A program made the translations under genes and the position numbers. Shown here piece after piece: positions 48,074 through 58,577 of a stretch of 64,000 nt of DNA (its first letter is position 1; the number at the start of each line of letters is the position of its first letter). The DNA comes from Candidatus Omnitrophota bacterium (lineage in GTDB: Bacteria > Omnitrophota > Omnitrophia > Omnitrophales > Aquincolibacteriaceae), in the NCBI GenBank assembly GCA_030698625.1, contig JAUYMS010000028.1, positions 3,854 to 67,853 of the forward strand, in the 5' to 3' direction. The notes beneath the pieces are model-generated. The model saw only the letters and a list, made by a program, of their open reading frames with translations, was not told the DNA's origin and searched no databases.

Positions 48074-49102
48074 ATGAGAAAGTTCCAAGAAATACTGGTC
48101 ACGGGTGGGGCTGGATACGTCGGCGCGCGGTTAGTGCCTAAGCTCCTCAAACGCGGCTATAAGGTGCGCGTCCTTGACCTGTATCTTTTTGGCGAAGGAT
48201 TCTGGCCGGAGTGGGATGGATCCGCAAAACTGACCGAAATCAAAGGGGATTTGCGGGATACGGAAACGGTCCGCCGGGCGGTTCAAAGATGTGATGCGGT
48301 CATCCATTTAGCGTGCATTTCAAATGACCCAAGCTTCGAGTTAAACCCGGATCTCGGGCGCTCCATCAATTACGATGCTTTTCGACCGCTCGTGACCATG
48401 AGCCGGGATGCGGGTGTGAAACGGTTTATCTACGCGTCTTCCTCGAGCGTATACGGAATCAGTGACCGCCCAAACGTGACCGAAGATCACCCGCTTAAGC
48501 CGCTCACAGATTACAGCAAGTATAAAGCGCTCTGCGAAGAGATTCTTGCCGAGTACGAGAGCCCCGACTTTACAACGGTGGTTCTGAGGCCGGCGACGGT
48601 TTGCGGGTATTCGCCCAGGCAACGCCTCGACTTAACGGTGAATATTTTGACGAATCACGCTGTGCATAACGGCAAGATTAAAGTTTTTGGCGGAGAGCAG
48701 CTGCGCCCCAATATCCACATTGAGGACCTTACGGACCTGTATGTTCAATTGTTGGAACTACCTGCTGAAAAGGTGGCGGGTAAGACGTACAACGCGGGTT
48801 ACGAAAATCAAAAGGTGAAGGACATTGCGATGGCTGTCAGCAGCGTGGTTCGTGCAATGATACCGGAGCGCTCAGACCTCGCAATAGAGACAACACCGAC
48901 TGACGACAATCGCTCGTATCACATTTCTTCTGCAAAAATAAAGGGCGAGTTGGGATTTGCCCCCAAGAGGACCATCGAAGATGCGGTCAAGGATTTAGTG
49001 GCTGCTTTCCAGGCAGGCAAAATTCCGAATGCGATGACGGACAGCCGCTATTTTAATATCAAGACCATGCAGGAAAGCGTACTGGCGCAGCCGCAGTCAT
49101 GA
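48074..49102 (+). CDS. NAD-dependent epimerase/dehydratase
   Basis: TGGAGYVG, ACISNDP, SSSSVYG, YSKYK. Confidence 0.88.
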   Translation: MRKFQEILVTGGAGYVGARLVPKLLKRGYKVRVLDLYLFGEGFWPEWDGSAKLTEIKGDLRDTETVRRAVQRCDAVIHLACISNDPSFELNPDLGRSINYDAFRPLVTMSRDAGVKRFIYASSSSVYGISDRPNVTEDHPLKPLTDYSKYKALCEEILAEYESPDFTTVVLRPATVCGYSPRQRLDLTVNILTNHAVHNGKIKVFGGEQLRPNIHIEDLTDLYVQLLELPAEKVAGKTYNAGYENQKVKDIAMAVSSVVRAMIPERSDLAIETTPTDDNRSYHISSAKIKGELGFAPKRTIEDAVKDLVAAFQAGKIPNAMTDSRYFNIKTMQESVLAQPQS

Positions 49103-50067
49103 AAACGCATCCCTCTATCGAATTATATCGCGAAATGTTGCGCATTCGGCGCGTCGAAGAACGTATTGCCGAGCTCTATCCGGAGCAGGAAATCCGCTGC
49201 CCTGTCCATTTGTGTATCGGCCAAGAGGGTGTGGCTGTCGGCGTATCTGCAAACCTGAAGCCCCAAGATTATGTCCTCAGCGGCCATCGTTCGCACGGGC
49301 ATTACTTAGCACGCGGCGGAAACTTGAAGGCCATGATGGCAGAGCTGTGGGGCAAGGTTACGGGTTGCTGTCAGGGTAAGGGCGGCTCGATGCACTTGAT
49401 TGATTTGTCGGTCGGATTTCTGGCATCGACGCCGATTGTGGCCAGTACGATTCCGATCGCCGTCGGCGCCGCCTTGGGTTCGGTGATGAAGAACGAGGAT
49501 CGTGTCACGGTCGTGTACTTTGGCGAAGCCGCGACTGAGGAGGGCACGTTCCACGAAGCGGCTAATTATGCGGTCTTGAAGAAGTTGCCCGTGGTTTTTG
49601 TTTGCGAAAATAACCTTTATTCTGTCTATTCGCCGTTGGAAGTACGCCAACCGCCCGAACGCTCCCTCGTCGAGTTAGCGCGGGGCCACGGAATGGAAAG
49701 TCACTGGGAAGATGGCAACGATGTCCTTGCGGTGAAACGCTTGAGTGAACACGCCATCGATCATGCCCGCGCGGGTAAAGGTCCCAGCCTTCTGGAGTTT
49801 TCGACCTACCGTTGGTATGAGCACTGCGGTCCGAATCTTGATAACCATATCGGTTATCGCACGGAAGAAGAATTCCTCACATGGAAGAAGACTTGCCCCC
49901 TTTTGAAGTTAAGAGAGTCTTTACTTGCTGAAGGGATTTGTGCTGAGCCGGATCTGTCGTTGATCGAAGAAGATTTGAAGGCTGAAATTGATGACGCAGT
50001 TCGGTTTGCAAAAGAAAGCCCGTTTGGTGAAGAAGATTTGGCCTATCAACATATCTATGCAACCTGA
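49099..50067 (+). CDS. TPP-dependent E1-like alpha subunit
   Basis: HLCIGQE, HRSHGH, GKGGSMH, CENN; GEA at the usual GDG position. Confidence 0.88.
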   Translation: MKTHPSIELYREMLRIRRVEERIAELYPEQEIRCPVHLCIGQEGVAVGVSANLKPQDYVLSGHRSHGHYLARGGNLKAMMAELWGKVTGCCQGKGGSMHLIDLSVGFLASTPIVASTIPIAVGAALGSVMKNEDRVTVVYFGEAATEEGTFHEAANYAVLKKLPVVFVCENNLYSVYSPLEVRQPPERSLVELARGHGMESHWEDGNDVLAVKRLSEHAIDHARAGKGPSLLEFSTYRWYEHCGPNLDNHIGYRTEEEFLTWKKTCPLLKLRESLLAEGICAEPDLSLIEEDLKAEIDDAVRFAKESPFGEEDLAYQHIYAT

Positions 50068-50075
50068 CGAGCGTC

Positions 50076-51293
50076 ATGCCTGCAGACAAGTTTGATATTG
50101 CGATCATCGGTGGCGGGATCGTCGGGCTGGCGACAGCGCTAAGTCTTGCTAAAAGCCGGCCCGATTTACGGCTGTGCGTGTTTGAGAAGGAAGCATTGAT
50201 CGGGGAGCATCAGACATCGCATAATAGCGGCGTGATTCATTCCGGCATTTATTACGCGCCGGGCTCTTTGAAAGCGAGTCTTTGTGTGAAAGGCGTCGGC
50301 GCGATGATTTCTTTTGCTAAGGAAAACGGCGTGCCCTTTGAGCAGTGCGGGAAAGTTATTGTGGCAACCCGAGAAGAACAGAGACCGAGACTCAGAGCGC
50401 TATTCGAGCGGGGAATAGCAAACGGCGTTCCCGGTCTGCGTATACTTAACCGAACGGAGCTCCTTGAGCTCGAGCCGCATGCTGAAGGACTCGAAGCCAT
50501 TCACTCGCCGACTACCGGCATCATTGATTTTCGAAGGGCGGCCGAAGTCATGGCCGAAAAGTTTAAGGCCGGCGGCGGTAGCGTAGAGACCATGGCGAAA
50601 ATGGTTTCAGCTGAACATACCGGCTCCGAGCTTGTGTTGAAAATAGGCCGGATGGAAATCCGGACAAAGTATTTGATTAATTGCGGCGGTCTTTATTCGG
50701 ACACGATCGCCTTGATGCTCGGGGTTGAGCCGGGCGTGAGGATTATTCCGTTTCGCGGCGAGTACTATCTTATCCGGAATGAAAAGCGGCATTTAGTGAA
50801 GAATCTTATTTACCCGGTTCCAGACCCGGACTTACCTTTTTTGGGTGTTCATCTGACGCGTACAGTGGACGGGAAATTGGAAGCCGGACCGAACGCGATC
50901 CTGGCAACAGCGCGTGAGGGGTATCGGCGATCCGATTGGAAGACCGGAGAGTTTCTTGCAACATTGAGTAGCCCGCATTTTTGGAACATGGCGCGCCGTT
51001 ATTGGAAGACCGGTATTTTGGAGTGTTACCGTGCGGTGAGTAAGCGATCATTTGCGCGAGAGCTGCAAGGTCTGATAAAGGGCATTAGCGAAGATGATCT
51101 GGTGGATGGGCCAAGCGGCGTGCGGGCCCAATGCGTGGCAGAGGATGGCACGCTGGTTCACGATTTCAAGATTGTTGAAGGGCCGCGGTCAATTCACGTT
51201 GTAAACGTACCGTCACCGGCGGCAACGGCATCACTGGCGATCGGGGAGTATATCGCGGGGCTCGGAATTAAATCCTATGACGAGAGAACTTAA
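50076..51293 (+). CDS. lhgO: L-2-hydroxyglutarate oxidase family flavoprotein
   Basis: GGGIVG, HQTSHNSGVIHSGIYY, PFRGEY, PFLGVH, SPAAT. Confidence 0.88.
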   Translation: MPADKFDIAIIGGGIVGLATALSLAKSRPDLRLCVFEKEALIGEHQTSHNSGVIHSGIYYAPGSLKASLCVKGVGAMISFAKENGVPFEQCGKVIVATREEQRPRLRALFERGIANGVPGLRILNRTELLELEPHAEGLEAIHSPTTGIIDFRRAAEVMAEKFKAGGGSVETMAKMVSAEHTGSELVLKIGRMEIRTKYLINCGGLYSDTIALMLGVEPGVRIIPFRGEYYLIRNEKRHLVKNLIYPVPDPDLPFLGVHLTRTVDGKLEAGPNAILATAREGYRRSDWKTGEFLATLSSPHFWNMARRYWKTGILECYRAVSKRSFARELQGLIKGISEDDLVDGPSGVRAQCVAEDGTLVHDFKIVEGPRSIHVVNVPSPAATASLAIGEYIAGLGIKSYDERT

Positions 51294-52338
51294 ATATTTT
51301 CAAGCAATTCGCGAAGCGTTGGACCTGAGTCTGGAGCAGGATCCCTCTGTGTACTTGATGGGGCTGGGTGTGCCGGACCCTAAGGGGATCTTTGGCACGA
51401 CGCTGGGTCTTCAGGAGAAGTATGGCCCGGAGCGCGTGATGGATATGCCGACGGCAGAGAATGGCATGACGGGTGTTGCCCTGGGGTCAGCGATTGCGGG
51501 GATGCGGCCGGTCATGGTTCATCAGCGACTCGACTTCGCACTGCTGGCAGTGGAACAGATCGTGAATCAAGCTGCGAAATGGCATTACATGTTTGCCGGT
51601 AAGAGCTCGGTGCCGATGGTGATTCGATTGGTGATCGGACGAGGTTGGGGCCAAGGGCCGCAACATTCGCAGAGTCTCCAATCGTGGTTTGCTCATGTCC
51701 CGGGTCTCAAGGTTGTTATGCCGGCAACACCTTACGATGCGAAGGGATTAATGCTTTCCAGTATACGGGATGATAACCCGGTCATATTCTTGGAGCATCG
51801 CTGGCTTCACAATATGTTTGGTGCAGTGCCGGAAGGTGATTATGAAGTGCCGATCGGGAGAGCTCATGTTATTCGCGAGGGAAGGGATGTTACGATTGCC
51901 GCAGTGTCGCATATGGTCGTAGAAGCTCTGCAGGCGTCGAAAATGCTGGCAGAAGTAGGTATTGAAGCCGAGGTTGTTGACGTTCGCACCCTGCGTCCCC
52001 TGGATACGGAAACCATCGCAGCCTCGGTGCGTAAGACGCGGCGTATCCTGGTGGCCGATACCGACTGGAAAACAGGCGGCTTCAGCGCTGAAATTGTCTC
52101 ATGGGTGTGTGAAAACCAGTTTGATATCTTGAAGACAGCGCCGAGACGCGTGGCGTTGTCGGATTGCCCCGTGCCGACATCGCAGGTTCTTGCGAATCCT
52201 TGTTACCCACGGCCGGTAGATATTGCGCGCCAGGTATGCGAGATGGTGGGGCAGTCGACAGCGGATATTCAAGTACCCGTTGAATCAAGCGGAATACCGT
52301 TGGACATTCCGGATGCAAGTTTTGCGGGGCCTTTCTAA
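51277..52338 (+). CDS. TPP-dependent E1-like beta subunit
   Basis: DMPTAEN, GPQHSQ, PVIFLEH, DVRTLRPLD. Confidence 0.88.
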   Translation: MTRELKYFQAIREALDLSLEQDPSVYLMGLGVPDPKGIFGTTLGLQEKYGPERVMDMPTAENGMTGVALGSAIAGMRPVMVHQRLDFALLAVEQIVNQAAKWHYMFAGKSSVPMVIRLVIGRGWGQGPQHSQSLQSWFAHVPGLKVVMPATPYDAKGLMLSSIRDDNPVIFLEHRWLHNMFGAVPEGDYEVPIGRAHVIREGRDVTIAAVSHMVVEALQASKMLAEVGIEAEVVDVRTLRPLDTETIAASVRKTRRILVADTDWKTGGFSAEIVSWVCENQFDILKTAPRRVALSDCPVPTSQVLANPCYPRPVDIARQVCEMVGQSTADIQVPVESSGIPLDIPDASFAGPF

Positions 52339-52339
52339 T

Positions 52340-53494
52340 ATGACAACAAGAGCAGCCGATAAAGAGACAGTCTCCGAAACACGACAGGTGCCGTACGTGA
52401 ATATTACGGGACAGCATGCGGGTCTCAAAAAGCAATTGCTCCGGGAATTCGAACGCGTTATCGATAGCGGCCAATTCGTGCTAGGTGAGGATGTGGGGAT
52501 ATTTGAAAAGCGTTTCGCCGAATTGTGCGGTGTTTCGTATGCTGTTGCCGTCAATTCCGGCACAGACGCACTCCTCTTAGCGTTGCGCGTCCTGAAGGTG
52601 GGTGAGGGCGACGAAGTTATTACGGCGCCAAACTCGTTTGTGTCGACGGCGAGTTGCATACGTCTTACCGGTGCGATGCCGGTCTTTGCCGACGTCGGGG
52701 AAGACTACAACATCGATCCCTCCAAGATTGAGGCTGCAATAACTGAGCGCACGAAGGCGATTTTGCCGGTGCATCTTACGGGACGCACTGCCGACATGGA
52801 TGCCATACTCGCGATAGCCAAAAGACATGAGATTCTCGTTGTTGAGGACGCCGCGCAAGCCGTCCTATCGGAATATCGCGGACGTCGCGCGGGTTCCTTC
52901 GGTGTTCTTGGGTGTTTCAGTCTTCATCCGCTAAAAACGCTCAATGCCTGCGGCGACGGCGGAGTTATTACAACAAACGACGAGAGGCTCTACAAACGGC
53001 TTCAGGTTTTACGTAACTTGGGTCTGGAGCATCGCGACGATTGCGTGGTCTGGACGGGGAACTCTCGCTTGGATACGATACAGGCTGCCGCGTTGCTCGT
53101 GAAGATGGACTATCTCGAGGCGTGGACTGCGGGCCGACGGAAGAACGCTGAATTTTATCGGCGTGAACTAGCCGGTGTTGCCGGGGTGCGGTGCCCGGAG
53201 CCGAAGAATCACGAAAGACCGGTGTACCACACGTTCGTGATTCGTGCCGAGCGGCGCGACAACCTCAAAAAGTATTTGGCAGATCAGGGAATCGGCTCGG
53301 CGGTGCATTACCCTGTTCCTATCCATATGCAAACGGTCGCCAAAGATCTTTGTGTGGCTGAGGGCAGTTTGCCTGAGGCCGAGACGCAATCGAAGGAAAT
53401 ATTGAGCCTTCCTGTTTATCCTGAGCTCGGCAAAGAAGACCTCGCCTATGTTGTTTTTTACATAAAAAAATTCTATCGGAGCGAAAATATATGA
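52340..53494 (+). CDS. DegT/DnrJ/EryC1/StrS aminotransferase
   Basis: [28 protein letters not shown]. Confidence 0.9.
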   Translation: MTTRAADKETVSETRQVPYVNITGQHAGLKKQLLREFERVIDSGQFVLGEDVGIFEKRFAELCGVSYAVAVNSGTDALLLALRVLKVGEGDEVITAPNSFVSTASCIRLTGAMPVFADVGEDYNIDPSKIEAAITERTKAILPVHLTGRTADMDAILAIAKRHEILVVEDAAQAVLSEYRGRRAGSFGVLGCFSLHPLKTLNACGDGGVITTNDERLYKRLQVLRNLGLEHRDDCVVWTGNSRLDTIQAAALLVKMDYLEAWTAGRRKNAEFYRRELAGVAGVRCPEPKNHERPVYHTFVIRAERRDNLKKYLADQGIGSAVHYPVPIHMQTVAKDLCVAEGSLPEAETQSKEILSLPVYPELGKEDLAYVVFYIKKFYRSENI

Positions 53495-54615
53495 GCACAA
53501 AGACAATGCAAGTGAAGTTCTCATATTTGGACCGCCAGTTTGAGAACATCGAGGACTACTTAGACGATATCCGTCAGGTGGTGAAGTCCGGTGATTTTAC
53601 GCTGGGGGTCGCGGTTCGTGAATTCGAGTCACGTTTTGCAAGGCTCTCCGGAGTCGCCCATGCCGTCGGAGTGGGAACGGGAACTGATGCGCTTGCGATG
53701 CCGCTCAAGGTGTTAGGCGTGGGGCCGGGCGACGAGGTGATTACGACGCCGATGACCTTCATCGCGACGGTCGGTGCTATTGCGAAGACGGGCGCCACCC
53801 CGGTTTTTGTTGATAGCGAAGACGGCTTTGTGATTGATCCCGACAAAATTGAGGCTGCTATCACGCCGCGGACAAAGGCGATTCTTCCGGTGCACTATAC
53901 CGGGAATGTGGCTGATATGCCGCGTATTGCGGCAATCGCCCAAAAACACAACCTCCTGATCGTCGAAGATGCCTGCCAATCGATCGCAGGGGCCATCGAC
54001 GGCAAACCGGTGGGCTCCTGGGGAGAGGCCGCAGGATTTAGCCTCCACCCATTGAAGAACTTGAATGTTTGGGGTGACGGGGGAATGATCATTACGCGCT
54101 CCGAAAAGTTGGCCGAACACTTAAGACTTTTTCGTAATCACGGGCTTGTAAATCGTGACGAGGTCTCCCTGTTCGGTTGGAACTGCCGCCTAGACAGTCT
54201 ACAAGCGGCCATCGGCAACCGTCTGATTGACCAGGTCGATTTTATTACCGACGGCCGAATTGCCAATGCCGCTCGTTATGATGACGGGTTGAAGGATTTG
54301 GCTGAATCAATATCCATTCCCGTAAGGCGGCCCGGAGTCAAGCATGTCTACCATCTCTACGTGATACGCGTTACGGAGCGCGATCGGTTGCTTAAGCATC
54401 TAATCGAAAACGGGGTTGAAGCAAAGGTGCACTACCCGATCCCGGTTCATTTGCAGGAGGGGGCCCGATCGCTGGGGTACAAGAAGGGCGACTTCCCTAA
54501 GTGCGAAGAGGATTGTGAGGATATCATTACTTTGCCCGCTCATCAGCATCTGGGCAATGATGAGATTGACTACACGATTGAGCAGGTAAGAAATTTTTAC
54601 AGGGGTAAGTCATGA
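53491..54615 (+). CDS. DegT/DnrJ/EryC1/StrS aminotransferase (tandem paralog)
   Basis: [28 protein letters not shown]. Confidence 0.9.
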   Translation: MSTKTMQVKFSYLDRQFENIEDYLDDIRQVVKSGDFTLGVAVREFESRFARLSGVAHAVGVGTGTDALAMPLKVLGVGPGDEVITTPMTFIATVGAIAKTGATPVFVDSEDGFVIDPDKIEAAITPRTKAILPVHYTGNVADMPRIAAIAQKHNLLIVEDACQSIAGAIDGKPVGSWGEAAGFSLHPLKNLNVWGDGGMIITRSEKLAEHLRLFRNHGLVNRDEVSLFGWNCRLDSLQAAIGNRLIDQVDFITDGRIANAARYDDGLKDLAESISIPVRRPGVKHVYHLYVIRVTERDRLLKHLIENGVEAKVHYPIPVHLQEGARSLGYKKGDFPKCEEDCEDIITLPAHQHLGNDEIDYTIEQVRNFYRGKS

Positions 54616-55868
54616 CGCTTAGTCTCAGAGAAGCAAGAATACGGAAGAAACAGCCTTATCGGCCGTTACTCGTGAATCTTGCCTTGCTGGTTTTTGTATG
54701 CGTTTTGGCGGTAGGCGCCGCCGAGGGCGTCCTACGCATAACGAAGTCCGTCAATCGCCTTCACAATCGAGCCACGAACATCTTTGATCCGGACATTGGC
54801 TACTACCATGGCCCGAAACAAAGTACGATATTCCGGTTCGAAGGACAGCGAATTCCGTATGGAACCAATAATTTAGGGTTCCGTGATAGGGACAGGGAAG
54901 TCCCCAAACCCGCGGACACTTACCGCGTTTTGTTTCTTGGCGACTCCTTCCTCGAGTCGCCGTGGTTGCCGAGTGAAGCCATTTTCCCGGCGGTTCTTGA
55001 GGAACGCTTCCGGGAGCGTGAGGTCGCTTCGGGCAAAAAGGTTGAATTTCTTAATTTTGGGGTCCTCGGTTATGGAACGGGTGTTCAGTACAATCAGCTT
55101 CTGAAAATAGGCGTTCAAACGGAGCCTGATTTTGTAGCGGTTGCATTCTTCATCAATGACATTTTAGACAACTATACGACTCCTCTTTTGCCGGGCGGCC
55201 GCCCGGATCCCGAATTTCTAGATCCGATCGATTATCACTTGGCTCATTATGCTAAGGATAGTACGGGGGGATGGCGGTTTATTCCGGCAGAGCCGTATCC
55301 GCATCGCGGCGCCGTGCGTACTTTTTTGAATAAGGAATTTCACCTCTATCAGTTTTTGGGAGACAGCTTTCCGGCTCTCAAAAAAGTGCTCCGCCTATTT
55401 GAGCGTAAGGCGCCGGAAGAGCATGTGACCGAAACCTCTGAGCGGAGGCTTGAACCGAACCAAATGTTTAATTTTCTTCAGTCTCCCCCGGTTGAGGTGG
55501 TGATCGGTTGGGAAGCTACCGAGTATATCCTTGGTGAAATGAAATCCTATCTGAGTCTGAAGGGAATCCCGATGATGTTAACCTTCCTGCCACCGGACTA
55601 TCTCCTATCGCGAGAGGCATGGGAAGCGGAAATGAAGGCCAGGGGTCTGAATCCTGACGAAGGGGCTATCGATCTTCCCGAGCAAAAGGTTAAGGCAATT
55701 TGCGAGAAGCTCGACATTGAGTTTGTGAGCCCGACAGCGAAGTTTCGCGCCTCGGGCAAGCAACTTCATTTTAAATCCGACCCTCACTTTAATGCGAGCG
55801 GGCACGCGCTTATGGCAGATGTGATGGAGACTTATTTCCAGAACCGGCTCGCGCCGGGAAGGAAATGA
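54612..55868 (+). CDS. Membrane-anchored SGNH/GDSL hydrolase-family protein
   Basis: N-terminal TM, NNLGFRD, FLGDSF, NFGVLGY, DPHFN. Confidence 0.8.
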   Translation: MTLSLREARIRKKQPYRPLLVNLALLVFVCVLAVGAAEGVLRITKSVNRLHNRATNIFDPDIGYYHGPKQSTIFRFEGQRIPYGTNNLGFRDRDREVPKPADTYRVLFLGDSFLESPWLPSEAIFPAVLEERFREREVASGKKVEFLNFGVLGYGTGVQYNQLLKIGVQTEPDFVAVAFFINDILDNYTTPLLPGGRPDPEFLDPIDYHLAHYAKDSTGGWRFIPAEPYPHRGAVRTFLNKEFHLYQFLGDSFPALKKVLRLFERKAPEEHVTETSERRLEPNQMFNFLQSPPVEVVIGWEATEYILGEMKSYLSLKGIPMMLTFLPPDYLLSREAWEAEMKARGLNPDEGAIDLPEQKVKAICEKLDIEFVSPTAKFRASGKQLHFKSDPHFNASGHALMADVMETYFQNRLAPGRK

Positions 55869-56869
55869 ACAACATGGGAAAAGAAACGGTAGCAGTCATA
55901 GGCAGTAATTGTTTCACGGGAAGCCATGTCGTGGATCGTTTGCTGCAAGATAAGGATTTGAGGGGAATCGGTCTGAGCCGGTCGCCCGAAAAAAAGGACT
56001 TCTTCCTGCCATACAAGAGCCGGGCAGAGGCCGACTTCCAGTTCTTCCAAGTGGACTTAAATCGGCAGAGTGAGGAATTGATTCGTATTCTCGATGAGTT
56101 TGAACCGAGCACGGTGATCAATGTAGCGGCTTTAAGTGAAGTGGCACTTAGTAATTTTCAGCCTATGGACTACTTCGATACGAACACGATGGGGGTTGTG
56201 AAGTTGTGCAGCCAACTGCGCGAGCGCTCCTATTTGAAGAGGTATGTCCATATATCGTCTGCGGAAGTCTACGGCAGCTGTCCCGAACCGCTTTTGGAAT
56301 CAGCTCCGTTGAATCCTTCGACGCCGTACGCGGTTTCAAAGGCGGCCGGTGATATGTACCTGCAGACGCTCTACAAGAATTTTGATTTCCCTATGATGCT
56401 AATCCGGTCTACGAATGTCTACGGCCGGCACCAACAGCTTTTCAAGATCATCCCTCGAACGATTATTTATTTGAAGCAGGGGAAGACGCTCGAGCTTCAC
56501 GGCGGCGGAATGGCTGTGAAGACGTGGCTGCATATTCGCGATGTCTCCGAAGGGATTTACCAGGCGATGAAGAAGGGCAAGCCGGGGGAGATCTACCACT
56601 TTGCGGATGCGCACTCTTATACAATTCGGGATCTCGTGGAGCGCATCTGCCGGCTTATGGGCAAGGATTTCTCAGCGTGCACGAAAGACGTGGGCGAGCG
56701 TCTGGGGCAGGATGCGCGCTATGAGCTTGATTACGGAAAGGCGAAGCGGGAACTGGGGTGGCAACCGCGAGTTTCGTTCGAAGAGGGGTTGCGCGAGACC
56801 ATAGAGTGGCTGGAGAATGATCCGAATGAAATCGAAGGAGAGTCCTTGGTGTACGTTCACCAGGCTTAA
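55865..56869 (+). CDS. NDP-sugar 4,6-dehydratase-like SDR (RfbB/Gmd-like)
   Basis: SSAEVYG, PSTPYAVSK, NVYG, GQDARY; degenerate GSNCFTG Rossmann motif. Confidence 0.8.
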   Translation: MNNMGKETVAVIGSNCFTGSHVVDRLLQDKDLRGIGLSRSPEKKDFFLPYKSRAEADFQFFQVDLNRQSEELIRILDEFEPSTVINVAALSEVALSNFQPMDYFDTNTMGVVKLCSQLRERSYLKRYVHISSAEVYGSCPEPLLESAPLNPSTPYAVSKAAGDMYLQTLYKNFDFPMMLIRSTNVYGRHQQLFKIIPRTIIYLKQGKTLELHGGGMAVKTWLHIRDVSEGIYQAMKKGKPGEIYHFADAHSYTIRDLVERICRLMGKDFSACTKDVGERLGQDARYELDYGKAKRELGWQPRVSFEEGLRETIEWLENDPNEIEGESLVYVHQA

Positions 56870-56877
56870 GGAGCGTT

Positions 56878-57636
56878 ATGGAACTTGGTCTTGAAGGAAA
56901 AACGGCATTAATAGTGGGCGCAAGCCGCGGCATCGGACGGGCCGCAGCAATAACGCTCGCACAATACGGTGCGCAGATTACTGCGGTTGCCCGCTCGAAA
57001 GACGCACTGACCTCCCTGATCACAGGGCTTGGCGGAGAGGCCAAAGGACATTTGGGTATCGCCAAGGATCTCATGCCGGCAGAGGGTCCCGCAGAGATTC
57101 TCAGACAGTTGCAGGAAATGGGGCGCGACATCGACATTGTCATCCACTGTTTGGGCGGAACGCTCGGAGTCAAAGAACCGTTTTGTGACCCGGAGGCATG
57201 GCGCCGGGTTTTTCGTCTAAACCTTGATATTGCCGTAGAACTTAACCGTTATCTTATTCCGTTGATGCAGAAAAGAAAATGGGGCCGTGCCCTGCACGTC
57301 TCGTCAATCGCGGCAACGCTCACGCGAGGCTCTCTGGCATATTGTGCTGCAAAGGCTGCGTTGAATGCGTATGCGAGAAATCTCGGCTGCACGGTTGCCA
57401 GCGACGGTGTCGTGATTTCTGCTTTAATGCCGGGGGCGGTTCGATTCGACGATAATCCATGGGATAAGCTCTCAAAAGAGAAGCCCGAGCAGGCGGCGGC
57501 GTATCTGGAAGAGCGAATGGCGATCAAACGTTTTGCCAAGCCCGAGGAAATATCGGATTTTATTGCCTTTATGTGTTCCGAAAAGGCGGAGTTTGCGACG
57601 GGTGCCGTCGTGCCGATTGACGGGGGTTCGTGGTGA
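56878..57636 (+). CDS. Classical SDR oxidoreductase
   Basis: GASRGIG, YCAAK, IDGG. Confidence 0.88.
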   Translation: MELGLEGKTALIVGASRGIGRAAAITLAQYGAQITAVARSKDALTSLITGLGGEAKGHLGIAKDLMPAEGPAEILRQLQEMGRDIDIVIHCLGGTLGVKEPFCDPEAWRRVFRLNLDIAVELNRYLIPLMQKRKWGRALHVSSIAATLTRGSLAYCAAKAALNAYARNLGCTVASDGVVISALMPGAVRFDDNPWDKLSKEKPEQAAAYLEERMAIKRFAKPEEISDFIAFMCSEKAEFATGAVVPIDGGSW

Positions 57637-57646
57637 AGGTGTCTCT

Positions 57647-58576
57647 GTGGTGAAAATGAAGACAAAACGGCAGCTGGGTATTTGCGACAGCCGCCTTGCA
57701 AGTTCAATACTTGGCGATTTTCTGATCTTGTTGGAGGAGCTCCAGATTAATTCGGCAATTCGTCAGATAGAGGCGCCGACTGATATTGCCATTCTCGGGG
57801 ATAATCCCGGATCGGATTTTCTCGCGATGGCGAAGGGTTTCAATGGAGTAGGGGAAATCTTTGTGCTTGCGTCCTATCGGGAACTCGAGGCCTTGATGGC
57901 CGAATCGGTCTATGAATACACTCCCTGGCCGGGGCTCGGCCCTGAGGGGGTATCGGGTTATCAATATGGCTATACGCTCTTCATCCAGGATTATTTCGGA
58001 AAGACGGGCGCAATTCCCTCGCTTGCACTCAAACCGGAATATCGCACTTGGGCGTGTGATTGGCTTAGGGAACAGGCCGGTTCCGTGAACACTATTGCCG
58101 TTCACCTGAAGAATAAGATCCGGCCTTCGGGGAAACCCGACTGGTACAACGCCCGGTTGGACGAATGGGAGACATTTTTTAGAACGATTCGCGGCCGTTA
58201 TGATGTGAAGTTCATCCTGGTTGGTAATGAAAGGGTGCCCGATGGGATTCGTAATCTCGAGAATATAATCGTGACGCACGAATGCGGCGGTACGATATTG
58301 AAAGACCTGGCTTTAATTGAGAACACACAGGCCTTTATGGGGGTTGCCAGCGGGCCCTGCCAGATGGCCATGTTTGGCCGACGGCCCTATGTTATTTTCA
58401 AGAACCCCGAACGGCATGTCGACCGGATGTTTGAAGAGCTCGGGAACCGGAATCAGTACGTTTTTGCTGCGCCCACGCAGAGATTTTTGCGGCGCTTCGA
58501 AACGAGTGCGACGTTGCTCGAAGAATTCGAAGCTGTTTATGCCGGCATTGAGACCACCGTTACACAAGGAAATTAA
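57647..58576 (+). CDS. Hypothetical protein, possibly glycosyltransferase-like (start uncertain)
   Basis: Fills the operon gap; IAVHL...DLALI...FMGVASGP resembles the GT9-like C-terminal motif. Confidence 0.5.
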   Translation: MVKMKTKRQLGICDSRLASSILGDFLILLEELQINSAIRQIEAPTDIAILGDNPGSDFLAMAKGFNGVGEIFVLASYRELEALMAESVYEYTPWPGLGPEGVSGYQYGYTLFIQDYFGKTGAIPSLALKPEYRTWACDWLREQAGSVNTIAVHLKNKIRPSGKPDWYNARLDEWETFFRTIRGRYDVKFILVGNERVPDGIRNLENIIVTHECGGTILKDLALIENTQAFMGVASGPCQMAMFGRRPYVIFKNPERHVDRMFEELGNRNQYVFAAPTQRFLRRFETSATLLEEFEAVYAGIETTVTQGN

Positions 58577-58577
58577 T

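Noticed and set aside
49099-52338. Housekeeping pyruvate/acetoin dehydrogenase
   Set aside because: No E2/E3 genes, altered motif, sugar-operon context
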